Positions 1-10,472 of a DNA stretch of 64,000 nucleotides are shown one piece after another. Position 1 is the stretch's first letter. Each line of letters opens with the position of its first letter. The stretch comes from Dehalococcoidia bacterium. GTDB lineage: Bacteria; Chloroflexota; Dehalococcoidia; UBA2979. The DNA is taken from contig OZ219872.1 of assembly GCA_964291495.2 (NCBI GenBank), positions 736,001 to 800,000 of the forward strand. Direction: 5' to 3'. The notes under the pieces were generated by a model, which worked only from the letters and a program-made list of their open reading frames with translations, had not been told where the DNA came from and ran no database searches. The position numbers and the translations under genes were made by a program.

Positions 1-453
1 GAGCTCTCCGGCGCCGGCGAGAGCCGCGCCGAGATCGTCGGCCGCGAGGCGGCAGTCGCCGAGGGCCTGCAGCTGCAGGACGCCCCGGTCGTCGTCTCCG
101 GCGGGCGCGGGCTCGGCGCTCCCGAGGGCTTCGGGCTGGTCGAGGAGCTGGCCGAGGCGATCGGCACGGACAAGGCAGCTGTCGGGTCCTCGCGGGCCGC
201 GTGCGACCTCGGCTGGTACCCGCCGAGCCAGCAGGTGGGCCTGACGGGCAAGGTGGTGACGCCGGACCTCTACATCGCGATCGCCATCTCCGGGGCCAGC
301 CAGCACATGGCCGGCTGCAGCGGATCGAAGACGATCATCGCCATCAACAAGGACCCGGAGGCCAACATCTTCAAGGCCGCCCGCTACGGCATCGTGGGCG
401 ACTACAAGGAGGTGCTGCCGCCACTGATCGAGGCGGTGAAGAACCTGGACTGA
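1..453 (+). CDS. etfA: Electron transfer flavoprotein alpha subunit (5'-truncated at window edge)
   Basis: Frame 1 is open from position 1: [55 protein letters not shown], which are EtfA FAD-binding motifs. Confidence 0.95.
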   Translation, partial: ELSGAGESRAEIVGREAAVAEGLQLQDAPVVVSGGRGLGAPEGFGLVEELAEAIGTDKAAVGSSRAACDLGWYPPSQQVGLTGKVVTPDLYIAIAISGASQHMAGCSGSKTIIAINKDPEANIFKAARYGIVGDYKEVLPPLIEAVKNLD

Positions 454-505
454 CGGGCGCGTACGGCCGCCGCGGGCGTTTCTTGCGCCCCCTCTGGCCG
501 GTCCA

Positions 506-511
506 TACAAT
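506..511 (+). promoter_or_regulatory. Candidate -10 box (TACAAT) upstream of the coaE-nirQ operon
   Basis: TACAAT in a GC-rich intergenic region; GGAGG RBS before ATG 572. Confidence 0.35.
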
Positions 512-571
512 CGCCCGGCAACCGGATTCCAGCGCCACCGCCCACGCGCGATACGCGCTCTTGGAGGATCC

Positions 572-1258
572 ATGCGCGTTCTCGGACTGACCGGAGGGAT
601 CGCCTCCGGCAAATCAACTGCGGCTGCCCAGCTCAAGGAGCTGGGAGTGATCGTGCTGGACGCCGACCGCTACGGGCACCGCGTCTACGAGCCGGACACG
701 CCGGGCTTCCACGCCGTGGTCAACGAGTTCGGCCACGACATCGTCGGCGCGGACGGCGAGATCGACCGCCGCATCCTCGGCGGCAAGGTTTTCGGCGATC
801 CGGAGAAGATGGACCGCCTCACGGACATCGTCTGGCCGGAGATCCGGCGCATCGCCGCCGAGGAGATCGCCGAGCTGCGCGACCGCGAGCCGGAGACGAT
901 CATCTGCCTCGAGGCCGCCGTGATGATCGAGGCCGGCTGGCAGGACCTCTGCGACGAGGTCTGGGTCATCGCCACCGAGCCGGAGACGGCGATCAAGCGG
1001 CTCAGGGATCGCAACGGCCTCAACGCGGAGCAGGCCCAGGCGCGCCTCGACTCGCAGCTCACCAACCGGGAGCGGCGCAGGCACGCCAAGATCTACATCG
1101 ACAACTCCGGAACGCAGAAGCAGTTCCGCGACCAGATCGACCACGAGTGGATGCGCCTCCACCGCCGCATCAAGCAGGCGGTGGGACGCGCCCGCGCCCA
1201 GGCCCGCCGCGAGGCCGAGGCACGCGCCGCCGCCGACGCCGCGGCCAGGGGCGGATAA
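572..1258 (+). CDS. coaE: Dephospho-CoA kinase
   Basis: [13 protein letters not shown]-loop, DAD, IDRRILG..VF, LTDIVWP, IDNSG. Confidence 0.93.
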   Translation: MRVLGLTGGIASGKSTAAAQLKELGVIVLDADRYGHRVYEPDTPGFHAVVNEFGHDIVGADGEIDRRILGGKVFGDPEKMDRLTDIVWPEIRRIAAEEIAELRDREPETIICLEAAVMIEAGWQDLCDEVWVIATEPETAIKRLRDRNGLNAEQAQARLDSQLTNRERRRHAKIYIDNSGTQKQFRDQIDHEWMRLHRRIKQAVGRARAQARREAEARAAADAAARGG

Positions 1259-1262
1259 CCCG

Positions 1263-2135
1263 GTGACCACAACCGAGGCCCGCCCCGACCACGACTACAA
1301 GCAGATCGAGGTCCAGGAGTTCCGGCTCACCGAGGAGCCCTTCTACCTGCCCGTCGCCGACGAGGTCGACCTCTTTGAGATCGCCTACGAGGAACAGATC
1401 CCGGTCCTGCTCAAGGGCCCGACCGGCTGCGGCAAGACCCGCTTCGTCGAGTACATGTCCTGGCGGCTGCACCAGCACCTCGGCGACGAGACGCAGGGCG
1501 TGCCGCTGATTACCGTCGCCTGCCACGAGGACCTCAGCGCCTCCGATCTCGTCGGCCGCTACCTGCTGGAGGGCGACGAGACGGTCTGGATCGACGGGCC
1601 GATCACGCGCGCCGTGAAGGCAGGCGCGATCTGCTACCTCGACGAGATCGTCGAGGCGCGCAAGGACACGACCGTCCTCATCCACCCGCTCACCGACTAC
1701 CGGCGGCTGTTGCCCCTCGACAAGCGCGGCGAGTTGCTCGAGGCGGCCGAGGGCTTCCTGCTGGTGCTCTCCTACAACCCCGGCTACCAGTCCGCGCTCA
1801 AGGACCTCAAGCACTCCACGCGGCAGCGCTTCGTCGCGATCGAGTTCAACTACCCACCGCGCGACCAGGAGGCGGAGATCATCCGCCGCGAGTCGAACTG
1901 CAGCGCCGAGGACGCGATGGAGCTCGCCAAGCTCGGCGAAAAGGTCCGCAACCTCAAGGAACACGGCCTCGCCGAAGGCGTCTCGACCCGCCTGCTCGTC
2001 TACGCCGGCCGGCTGATCAGCCGCGGCATCGCGCCCCGCCGCGCCTGCCAGACGGCGGTCGTCTGGGGGCTCACCGACGAGTTCGAGGTCCAGCGCTCCA
2101 TCGAAGAGGTCGTGACCTCGATCTTCCCGGAATAG
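1263..2135 (+). CDS. CbbQ/NirQ/NorQ family MoxR-type AAA+ ATPase
   Basis: [17 protein letters not shown] Walker [50 protein letters not shown]. Confidence 0.93.
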   Translation: MTTTEARPDHDYKQIEVQEFRLTEEPFYLPVADEVDLFEIAYEEQIPVLLKGPTGCGKTRFVEYMSWRLHQHLGDETQGVPLITVACHEDLSASDLVGRYLLEGDETVWIDGPITRAVKAGAICYLDEIVEARKDTTVLIHPLTDYRRLLPLDKRGELLEAAEGFLLVLSYNPGYQSALKDLKHSTRQRFVAIEFNYPPRDQEAEIIRRESNCSAEDAMELAKLGEKVRNLKEHGLAEGVSTRLLVYAGRLISRGIAPRRACQTAVVWGLTDEFEVQRSIEEVVTSIFPE

Positions 2136-2146
2136 GGAACCCGCCC

Positions 2147-2749
2147 GTGCGCCTCGGGATCGTCTCGGACATCCACTGCAACGCAGAGGCGCTGGACATC
2201 GCCATCGAGCGCATGGGCAACGTCGACGAGCTGCTCTGCGCGGGTGACGCGATCTTCCAGTTCCGCTTCTCCAACGACGTGATCAGCCGCCTCCGCGAGA
2301 TCGGCGCGCGCATGGTCCTCGGCAACCACGAGGACGTCGTGCTCGGCCCGCTCGGCGACCGCGTGCGCGCGCACCACACCACCGACCCGGAGCTGCTGAA
2401 GTGGCTCTCCGAGCAGCCCCGCCGCATCGACACCGAGATCGGCGGCAAGAAGTTCACGATGTTCCATGCCTGCCCGGACGAGCCGCCCTACGAGTACGTC
2501 TACTCGGACAGCCCGCGCATCAAGGAGTTCGGCGAAACCGGCGCGGACTACGTCGTCTACGGCCACACCCACTACGAGCTGCTGCACCGCGTGAACAGCA
2601 CGCTGGTGATCAACCCCGGCTCCACGGGGCAGCCGCGCAACCCCTCCAACGGCTTCCGCGTCTCCTACGCGATCCTCGACACGCAGAGCGGCGAGGTTAC
2701 CTTCGACGTCTTCGACGACCCGCTGCGGCCGGGAATCAGGTCCACATGA
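2147..2749 (+). CDS. YfcE-like calcineurin-type metallophosphoesterase
   Basis: SDIH, GD, GNHE, FHA, GHTH, NPGSTGQPR; stop overlaps the next start (ATGA). Confidence 0.9.
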   Translation: MRLGIVSDIHCNAEALDIAIERMGNVDELLCAGDAIFQFRFSNDVISRLREIGARMVLGNHEDVVLGPLGDRVRAHHTTDPELLKWLSEQPRRIDTEIGGKKFTMFHACPDEPPYEYVYSDSPRIKEFGETGADYVVYGHTHYELLHRVNSTLVINPGSTGQPRNPSNGFRVSYAILDTQSGEVTFDVFDDPLRPGIRST

Positions 2750-5700
2750 GCGCCGCCGCGGACGTCACCGCCCGCTACGACGCCGAGCTGCGCGGCTACG
2801 GCCCCACCCTGGCCGACGACCTCGCGAACGGCGCGCGCGCCCTCGAGGGCCGGCTGAGCGAGGAGCAGCTCGGCGAGTGGGCCAACGCCGGCGTCGAGCT
2901 CTCGCGCCACTCGCTGCGCTCCTGGGAGGCGGCCGCCGAGTACTTCCGCGCCAGCCCCCGGCTGCTGCCCGCCTTCTCGTTCGAGGAGCTGCTGGACTGG
3001 GCCGCCGTCGCGCGCGAGCTGTCCGAACAGTCCTCGATGATCGCCGCCGCCTTCCTGCGCGCGACGCCGGAGGTGCTGCAACCGCTGCAGGGCGCCGACG
3101 ACAAGGATCTCGGCATCATGGGCGAGTGGATCGGCCGCCCCGGCGAGCAGATCCGCCCCTGGTCCGCCCTCGGGCGGCGGCTCGCCCGAGGCAACTGGAA
3201 GTCCGTCGCGCTCGCCGCCTCCTTCTTCGAGCAGAGCCCGGCGCTGCTGCACGCGCTGCCACTCGACGCCGTGCGCGACCTGGTCGAGATCGTCGACCGG
3301 CTCTCGGAGCGCTCGTACCAGCTCGCCGCCTCCTGCCTGGAGCGCTCGGGCGAGCTGTTCGGGGGGCTGGCGCCGCCGGACCGGCGGCCCTTCCTGGAGT
3401 TCGCCGGCGCCGTGGCGAAGGCCTCGTGGGCGGACACGCGGCTCTACTTCGAGCGCGGGCCCGGACTGCTGGCCCCGATCGCGCAGGACGAGCGCGGCGC
3501 CTTCCTGCGCCTCGCCGCCGACGTCGCGGGCGAGACCGGCCGCCAGGGCTACCCGCTCTTCGTCGAGGCCGCCGAGGCGCTCGCCGAGGTCCAGCCCACC
3601 TACCACGGCACGCTGCTCGAGCTGTCCTCGCGGCTCGCGACCGGCAGCCCCGCCGCCGCGATGGCGTTCCTGCGCTCCTCGCCGCACGTGCTCACCCGGC
3701 TCACCGCCGACCAGCTGGAGCGCTGGCTGCAAACCGGCTGGGAGCTGCTCTTCGAGCAGGGCAACGTCGAGGGCGCCGAGGCCTACTTCCGCCTCGAGTC
3801 GTCGCGAGCCGAGGAGATGCTCGGCAACCTCTCCGCCCGCGTCGAGCTGCGCGACGTCAGCAACACGCTGCGGCTCTACTCGAAGGCGCTTACCGGCGAG
3901 CAGATCGCCATCCGCTCCACCGAGGAGCTGGTGGACGCCGGCATCGGCTGGGTCCAGGAGTCGGTCGCGACCACCGAGGGCAACGCGATCTACCTGCCGC
4001 CCTACGTCGGCACCTTCCCGGAGCAGCCGGAGAACTTCCAGAGCTACAAGGTCTTCACCACGCACCAGACCGGCCGCATCGAGTTCGGCTCGTTCCGCTT
4101 CGTGTTCGGCGCGTCCGGCGCCTACCTCGCATCGAGCATGGAGGAGCGCGAGGCTGCGCACGTCAACGGCGACGCGCCGGCCGGCGGGAACGGCGCGACG
4201 GAAGCCGCGCCGACCACGCCGATGGAGCGCTACTTCGACCTGTTCGCGGACCGCACGCTGATCTCCGGCCTGTTCACGATCGTCGAGGACGCGCGCGTCG
4301 ACGCCTACATCGCCCGCGAGTACGGCGGCATCCGCCCCGCCCTGCAGCGCATGCAGGCCCACGAGGCGGAGAGCCGGCGCAGCCCCGCCGAGATGGGCCT
4401 GCGCGCCGCCTACCTCGAGAACCTGCTGCGCGCCTCGCTCGGCCAGCCGCAGACGATGCGCTACCCGGCCGACCTGATGCCGCTGCTGCGCGAGGGCCTC
4501 GACCAACTCGAAGCGGTCGCCGAGCGCGACGCCACCGTGCAGGACTCGGCCGAGGCGGCCGCGGCGATCTACGCGATCGCCGAGCGCATCCCCAACATCC
4601 AGGGCGCCTACGAGGCCGTCGACTGGGAGGCCCTCGGCGACGAGATGATCGAGGTCAACCCGGATGTCTCCGGCGGCCCCGGCGCGGAGATGCCCTCCGG
4701 TGACGAGATCGACTTCGAGACGCCGCCGCAGCCCGAGTTCCGCGGCGACTTCAAGCCGGAGCTCGTGCAACTGATGATGCGCCTCCAGGAACAGCGCGAC
4801 GGCGCCGACCCGGCCGGCGCGCCGCTCACACAGGAGCAGCTCCAGGCGCTGCTCGAGAAGTCCGTCGAGATCACGATCTCCGACATCGCCGAGGGCGACC
4901 TCGCCTCCTCGATGGGCATGTTCCTCACCAACCTCGAGCGCGAGGCGCTGGACGCCAAGCAGGGCCCACCCGGCCAGGTGCCGGACGGCGCCGACGCCGG
5001 CGACTCCTCCGGCGAGGGCGACGTGATGGAGGAGCTGCCGATCGAGATCTCGTGGACCTACTACGACGAGTGGGACTTCCGCGCCGGCGACTACCGCCCG
5101 CGCTGGTGCCGCGTCGGCGAGCGCCGCGGCGAGGAGGGCGAGCTCGAGTACTACGAGGACACCCTGCGCCGCCACCACGGCCTCGTCTCCGAGACGCGCC
5201 GCCAGTTCGAGCTGCTGCGCCCGGAGCACTTCCGCCGCATCAAGCGCCTCGAGGACGGCGAGGACGTCGACCTCGACGAGGCGATCTCCTTCATCATCGA
5301 CAAGCGCGCCGGCGTCGGGCCCCTCGGGCGCGTCTACTGGCGGCGCAACAAGGTGGAGCGTGACGTCGCGGTCGCCTTCCTGCTCGACATGTCGGCCTCG
5401 ACCGACGAGGAGATCGACAAGCCGCAGACCAGCTACCAGCCGTCCGACGACGACTTCGACGACGACCCGCGCAAGTACTTCCAGTGGCTCGCCGAGCGCC
5501 GCGCGCGCTTCACCGCCGAGCCGCCGAAGCGAATTATCGACCTCGAGCGCGAGTCGCTGGTGCTGATCGTCGAGGCGCTCGAGGCGATCGGCGACGCGTA
5601 CGGCATCTACGGCTTCTCCGGCTACGGCCGCGACAACGTCGAGTTCCACGTGATCAAGGACCTGCACGACACCTTCGGCGACCGCACGCGGCGCCGCATC

Positions 5701-6057
5701 GACAAGATCCAGCCGATCCGGTCGACGCGCATGGGCCCGGCGATCCGCCACACGATCAGCAAGCTCGAGGCCTACGACGCGAAGGTGAAGCTCTTGATCC
5801 TCGTCTCCGACGGCCGCCCGCAGGACCACGGCTACGGGCGCGACCGCACGGAGAAGGAGTACGCGGTGCACGACACGCACCAGGCGTTGGTCGAGGCGAA
5901 GCAGCTGGGCATCACGCCCTTCCTGATCACCGTCGATAAGGAGGGCCACGACTACCTGAAGGAGATGTGCGACGACGTCGGCTACGAGGTCGTCGCCGAC
6001 ATCGAATCGCTCCCCCGCCGCCTCACCTCCCTCTACCGCGTCCTCGCCACGGACTAA
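2746..6057 (+). CDS. CbbO/NorD-like vWA-domain protein with long N-terminal helical repeats (1103 aa)
   Basis: Start placed at the ATGA overlap at 2746; YDEWDFRAGDYRPRWC, EDGEDVDLD, MIDAS LLDMSAST, STRMGPAIRH, LILVSDGRP. Confidence 0.9.
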   Translation: MSAAADVTARYDAELRGYGPTLADDLANGARALEGRLSEEQLGEWANAGVELSRHSLRSWEAAAEYFRASPRLLPAFSFEELLDWAAVARELSEQSSMIAAAFLRATPEVLQPLQGADDKDLGIMGEWIGRPGEQIRPWSALGRRLARGNWKSVALAASFFEQSPALLHALPLDAVRDLVEIVDRLSERSYQLAASCLERSGELFGGLAPPDRRPFLEFAGAVAKASWADTRLYFERGPGLLAPIAQDERGAFLRLAADVAGETGRQGYPLFVEAAEALAEVQPTYHGTLLELSSRLATGSPAAAMAFLRSSPHVLTRLTADQLERWLQTGWELLFEQGNVEGAEAYFRLESSRAEEMLGNLSARVELRDVSNTLRLYSKALTGEQIAIRSTEELVDAGIGWVQESVATTEGNAIYLPPYVGTFPEQPENFQSYKVFTTHQTGRIEFGSFRFVFGASGAYLASSMEEREAAHVNGDAPAGGNGATEAAPTTPMERYFDLFADRTLISGLFTIVEDARVDAYIAREYGGIRPALQRMQAHEAESRRSPAEMGLRAAYLENLLRASLGQPQTMRYPADLMPLLREGLDQLEAVAERDATVQDSAEAAAAIYAIAERIPNIQGAYEAVDWEALGDEMIEVNPDVSGGPGAEMPSGDEIDFETPPQPEFRGDFKPELVQLMMRLQEQRDGADPAGAPLTQEQLQALLEKSVEITISDIAEGDLASSMGMFLTNLEREALDAKQGPPGQVPDGADAGDSSGEGDVMEELPIEISWTYYDEWDFRAGDYRPRWCRVGERRGEEGELEYYEDTLRRHHGLVSETRRQFELLRPEHFRRIKRLEDGEDVDLDEAISFIIDKRAGVGPLGRVYWRRNKVERDVAVAFLLDMSASTDEEIDKPQTSYQPSDDDFDDDPRKYFQWLAERRARFTAEPPKRIIDLERESLVLIVEALEAIGDAYGIYGFSGYGRDNVEFHVIKDLHDTFGDRTRRRIDKIQPIRSTRMGPAIRHTISKLEAYDAKVKLLILVSDGRPQDHGYGRDRTEKEYAVHDTHQALVEAKQLGITPFLITVDKEGHDYLKEMCDDVGYEVVADIESLPRRLTSLYRVLATD

Positions 6058-6071
6058 CCCCGCGCCGCCTT

Positions 6072-6212
6072 CCTCCGGCCCCCTCTCCCGGGGGAGAAGG
6101 CGGGGGTGAGCGCAATCCGGTCCCCTCTCCTGGGGGAGAGGGCGGAGGGTGAGGGGGCTCGCCGGACACACGACTGGCTGCTGAGGGACGCGCCCTGCCG
6201 CAGTCCGGAACC
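6072..6212. repeat. REP-like GC-rich palindrome cluster including one copy of the ~105-bp unit
   Basis: CCCCTCTCC-n-GGGGAGAGGG hairpins, followed by the GTGAGGGGGCTCGCCGGA...CGGAACCA tail shared with 10473-10927. Confidence 0.8.
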
Positions 6213-6262
6213 ACCACCCGGGAGCTGTCACCTAAGCTCGAAGTAGCCGGGAGGGGACCGCG

Positions 6263-8026
6263 ATGCTCGTAGGCCGCGCGCACCGTTCGCTGCCGCCCCT
6301 GCTCGCCGCCGCCATCGCGCTCGCGCTCACCGCCGCGCTGGCTGCCTGCACCAGCGAACCGGAGGAGCCCCCGCCGCCCGCAGCAGCCACGCCCGCCGCG
6401 GCACCAGCATCCGCCCCCGAGGCGACGCCATCCCCGACCCTCACCTCGACGCCCGCATCCACGCCGACGGCGACACCATCGCCCTCGCCAACTCCTACCG
6501 CCTCGCCAACTCCTACCGCCTCGCCAACTCCTACCGCCTCGCCAACTCCTACCGCCTCGCTGACTCCGACGCCCTCGCCCACGCCAGCGGCAACGCCCGA
6601 ACCCACGCCGACGGCGACGCCGTCGCCCACGCCAACTCCGACGCCGATCGCCCCACCCGTCACGTTCCTGTTCGCGGAAGGCTTCTCATCCTCGGACCGA
6701 TCCGACGTCCGGCGCGAGATGGCGAACATCATGACTGTGTTCGCCGAGCGCTTCGGCGCACAGGCAACCGCGTTTACCGTCTCTGTCGGGGACCGCGATC
6801 CTGGTAGAGCCAGACCCGGCTTCATGGCTACCACGGCTAGTTTCTGGGACGCTGCCCACGAGTACTTCCACGTGCTCCAGTACGAGCTTGCCGACGGCCG
6901 CTCCCGGGGACCGCACTGGCTGGTCGAGGGTTCGGCGACTTACGCGGAAGAAACGTACGACGGAGACCTGGACTTCCGCCGCGCCATAGCGCCTGCCGGA
7001 GCGTCGTTTGTCGCCAGTATCAGAGAGACGGAGTCGGCAGACCAGGTTCGCCTCAACTACCACCTCGGCTTCCTTGCCGCCGACTGGCTTGTCGGTCACG
7101 CAGGTGAGCTCTCGCTGCTCGAGTTCTACCGCCTCCTGCCTGCCCATGACGGCTGGGAAGACGCGTTTGCGGCAGCCTTCGGCCTAACAATCGACGAGTT
7201 CTACAAACGGTTCGAGGAGCACCGTACGAGGATCGCTCCGCCGTTGCCCCACGTGACGGACGACGCCGTGACGCCAGTTGCCGTCTTCGTCGGGAACGTC
7301 CCAGATCACGTCCGTTCCGAAATCCAGGCCGAAATGAGCAGCGTGAGTGCATTCCTTGCCGAACGCTTTGGCGCCGAGGCGACCGAGTACTCCGTCTACG
7401 TCGGAGCGGACTGGGACAGCGTTGCCGCTCACAGTCGCCGGCTCTCGCTGAACCTCTGGTGGGACGACCGCATCCGGCGCCACTCACTGCCCCTGCCGTG
7501 GGCTTCCGGGTGCTCGAGAGGAGCGACGGGCTGGGTGATTCACGTGACCGGCTGCGGCTACTCGCCGGGTCCCAGCGTCTACATCAACTCCCACCTGCGC
7601 GTGCTGCTCGAGGGCAAGGACCAGAGGGACCTACCCCCGCTGTGGATGGAAGCGGGTGGAGGGGCGTACGTCGCGCTTGCCTACACCGCCACCACGGGGC
7701 CGGGACTCAGTGCTGAACTCTCCCGGCATAGGAGTGTGGTCGAGCAGTCAACCGTTCCACTCGCACAACTGGCGGCGACAGATGGCTGGGAGGAAGCAGG
7801 GGACGACGAACGGCTGGCGCTCAGCGTCGTGGCAGTGGACTGGCTGCTTCGACGAGCAGGAGACGCGGCCCTGTTCAACTACCTTCGGCTCCTTCCGGAA
7901 GGAACCCTTGGCCTACCGTCGGAGGTTGCGACGGCGGCGTCGGCATTCGAGCAGGCGTTCGGACTTACGATCGACGAATTCTATGACCAGTTCGACGTGT
8001 ACCGGTCCACTCTGACGGCCGAGTAG
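6263..8026 (+). CDS. Lipoprotein with Pro/Thr linker and gluzincin-like HEXXH domain (internally duplicated)
   Basis: Lipobox LAAC, PT repeats, [13 protein letters not shown]; the second domain copy lacks HEXXH. Confidence 0.75.
   Translation: MLVGRAHRSLPPLLAAAIALALTAALAACTSEPEEPPPPAAATPAAAPASAPEATPSPTLTSTPASTPTATPSPSPTPTASPTPTASPTPTASPTPTASLTPTPSPTPAATPEPTPTATPSPTPTPTPIAPPVTFLFAEGFSSSDRSDVRREMANIMTVFAERFGAQATAFTVSVGDRDPGRARPGFMATTASFWDAAHEYFHVLQYELADGRSRGPHWLVEGSATYAEETYDGDLDFRRAIAPAGASFVASIRETESADQVRLNYHLGFLAADWLVGHAGELSLLEFYRLLPAHDGWEDAFAAAFGLTIDEFYKRFEEHRTRIAPPLPHVTDDAVTPVAVFVGNVPDHVRSEIQAEMSSVSAFLAERFGAEATEYSVYVGADWDSVAAHSRRLSLNLWWDDRIRRHSLPLPWASGCSRGATGWVIHVTGCGYSPGPSVYINSHLRVLLEGKDQRDLPPLWMEAGGGAYVALAYTATTGPGLSAELSRHRSVVEQSTVPLAQLAATDGWEEAGDDERLALSVVAVDWLLRRAGDAALFNYLRLLPEGTLGLPSEVATAASAFEQAFGLTIDEFYDQFDVYRSTLTAE
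6483..6560 (+). repeat. 18-bp coding tandem repeat (CCTCGCCAACTCCTACCG x4.3) encoding SPTPTA
   Basis: Four perfect units plus a partial one, seen directly. Confidence 0.9.
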
Positions 8027-8086
8027 CGGCCCCTCGCCTGCCTCGAACGGCTGTCGATCAAGTAGCGGGCGCGGGAGCGTCCGGCG

Positions 8087-10384
8087 CTAGCCGCCCTTCG
8101 ACTCGATCGCGTCGAGGACCGCTCCGGGGGTGATCGGCAGCCGGTTGATGCGCACGCCGATGGCGTGCGAGACCGCGTTCGCGACGGCGGCGAGCGGCGG
8201 GATGATCGAGGCCTCGCCGACGCCGCGCAGGCCGAACGGGTGGTGGGGGTTGGGCACCTCGATCATGACCGAATCGATCATCGGGATGTCCATCGCCGTC
8301 GGCATCCGGTAGTCGAGGAAGCTGCTGTTCAGCATCGCGCCCTCGGCGTCGTAGTAGTACTCCTCGTTCAACGCCCAGCCGATGCCCTGCACGGTGCCGC
8401 CCTGGATCTGCCCCTCGACGTAGCTGGGATGCACCGCCGTGCCCACGTCCATGAACGCGGTGTAGCGCAGGATCTGCACCTTGCCGGTCTCCGGATCGAC
8501 CTCGACATCCACGATGTTGCCCGCGATGACCGGGCCGACGCCCGTGGTCGGGACCGAGACCGAGCAGGTCACCGGGCCGCCGCTGCCCGGCAACTCGGCC
8601 GCCAGCTCCGCGAACGTGAACGTCAGCGCCGGATTCCCGGCGCAGCTGAACGCGCCGTCCTCGAAGGTCACGTCCTGCTCCTCGACCTCCCAGATCGCCG
8701 CCGCCCGAGCCCTCATCTGCCGGATCACTCCCTGCGCCGCCTCGATCGCCGCGAGGCCCGTGTCGAAGGCGGTGTGGCTGCCGCTGGTGGCGCCGGTGAG
8801 CGCGATGGTGTCGGTGTCGACCACCGTCGGCGTCACGTCCTCGGCGCTCAGGCCCAGCACCTCGGCGGCCTGCATTGCCACGGCGGTGCGCGAACCGCCG
8901 ATGTCCACCGAGCCGGTGACGAGGTTGATGGTGCCGTCGCTGTTGACGTGGATCGTCGCCGCCGAGCTCTGGCCTCCCTGCCAGCGGAAGCCGACGGCCA
9001 CGCCTCGCCCGCGGTTGGGGCCGCCGAGCCGCGCGTTGTAGTGGTCGTGGGCCTGCATCGCCTCTTCCAGCTCCTCGATGCCCAGCAGCAGGTGCGCGAC
9101 GCCGTTGGGCATGCGGTCGCCCTGCCTGGCGACGTTCAGGAGCCGGAGCTCGAGGGGGTCGATGTCCAGCAGCTCCGCGAGCTCGTCGATGACGGGCTCG
9201 ACGGCGAACGCGCCCTGCGGCTGTCCCGGCGCGCGATAGGCCTGGGTCTTGTTCTTGTTGACGACCACGTCGTAGCCGTCGACGAGGAGATTCTCGATGT
9301 TGTACGGACCGGTGGCGCAGAGCGTGCCCCCGCCGACGGCCGAGCCGGGGAAGGCGCCCGCCTCGAAGGTCAGCGTGATCTGAGCGGCAGTGATCCGGCC
9401 GTCCCGGGTCGCGCCGATCTTCGTGCGCGCGTGGCTCGCCGAGGCGGGGCCGGTGCCCTCGAAGACGTCCTTGCGGGTCATCACGACCTGCACGGGCCGC
9501 CCGCTCTTGCGCGAGAGGATCGCGGCGACGGGCTCGACGTACGCGACGAGCTTGGCCCCGAACCCGCCGCCGATCTCGGTCGGCACGACCTTCACCGTCG
9601 ACTCGGGCACATCGCAGATCGCGGCGGTCGCCGCGCGGATCGGGAAGGCCCCCTGGGTGCAGGTATGTACCGTGAGGCGGCCGTCACGCGCCCAGGTGGC
9701 AGTGGCCGCGTGAGGCTCGATGTAGCCCTGGTGGACGGTCTCCGTGAAGAACTCACGCTCGACGACCACGTCGGCCTGCCGGAAGCCCTCCTCGACATCG
9801 CCGAGCTTGTGCTGGATGTGGGAGGCGACATTGCCGCGAACCCCGGTGTCGTCCCCGCGGGCGAAGCGCGCGAGCCGGAAGAAGGTCGTCAGGTCCTCGT
9901 GGATGATGGGTGCGTCGTCCGCCATGGCCTCGGCCAGCGAGAGGACCGCCGGAAGCACCTCGTAGTCCACCTCGATCAGCGCGAGGGCGTCCTCGGCCAC
10001 GTGGGGACTGCTTGCGGCGACCGCCGCGACCGCATGCCCCTTGTAGAGGGCCGTCCTGTGGGCCATGACGTGCTCGGCCATCAACCGCATGTTCCCGCGA
10101 ACGAGCGCCAGGTCGAGATCCTGATCGCCGATGATCGGAATGTCGGCCGAGGTCATCACGGCGAACACGCCGGGGAGCGCCTCCGCCTCACTGGTGTCGA
10201 TGGACCGGATGCGCGCGTGGGCGTGCGGGCTCCTGAGGATCCTCCCGTGGAGCATGCCGGGAAGCCGGATGTCGGCCCCGTACCGGGCCTCGCCGGTGAC
10301 CTTCTCCGAGCCGTCGTGCCGGATCGGCCTCGTCCCGACGACGGCGTAGCCGCCGCTCACCCGGGGTCGTTCGGTTGTCGTCAT
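8087..10384 (-). CDS. Xanthine dehydrogenase/aldehyde oxidase family molybdopterin-binding large subunit
   Basis: Start placed at ATG 10384 after GAGGAG; KVTGEARY, RSPHAHARI, IGGGFGAK, AYRAPG, VEGQIQGG, LDYRMPT, GVGE. Confidence 0.92.
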   Translation of the reverse strand: MTTTERPRVSGGYAVVGTRPIRHDGSEKVTGEARYGADIRLPGMLHGRILRSPHAHARIRSIDTSEAEALPGVFAVMTSADIPIIGDQDLDLALVRGNMRLMAEHVMAHRTALYKGHAVAAVAASSPHVAEDALALIEVDYEVLPAVLSLAEAMADDAPIIHEDLTTFFRLARFARGDDTGVRGNVASHIQHKLGDVEEGFRQADVVVEREFFTETVHQGYIEPHAATATWARDGRLTVHTCTQGAFPIRAATAAICDVPESTVKVVPTEIGGGFGAKLVAYVEPVAAILSRKSGRPVQVVMTRKDVFEGTGPASASHARTKIGATRDGRITAAQITLTFEAGAFPGSAVGGGTLCATGPYNIENLLVDGYDVVVNKNKTQAYRAPGQPQGAFAVEPVIDELAELLDIDPLELRLLNVARQGDRMPNGVAHLLLGIEELEEAMQAHDHYNARLGGPNRGRGVAVGFRWQGGQSSAATIHVNSDGTINLVTGSVDIGGSRTAVAMQAAEVLGLSAEDVTPTVVDTDTIALTGATSGSHTAFDTGLAAIEAAQGVIRQMRARAAAIWEVEEQDVTFEDGAFSCAGNPALTFTFAELAAELPGSGGPVTCSVSVPTTGVGPVIAGNIVDVEVDPETGKVQILRYTAFMDVGTAVHPSYVEGQIQGGTVQGIGWALNEEYYYDAEGAMLNSSFLDYRMPTAMDIPMIDSVMIEVPNPHHPFGLRGVGEASIIPPLAAVANAVSHAIGVRINRLPITPGAVLDAIESKGG

Positions 10385-10472
10385 TTCGCCGCTCCTCGCC
10401 GGTTCCGAAGGCCGCCGCCCCGATACTACGCGCTGCGCGAGCGGCTCGAGGAATAGCGCCCCGCATCGGCCC

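Noticed and set aside
1263-6057. Evidence for Calvin cycle or denitrification
   Set aside because: No RuBisCO or NO reductase genes are in the window, and family membership alone is insufficient
2665-6231. Very long antisense and alternative-frame ORFs (also 24884-27790, 53029-55152, 8165-10456 and others)
   Set aside because: Shadow ORFs are expected at this GC content; they overlap well-supported genes and lack motifs
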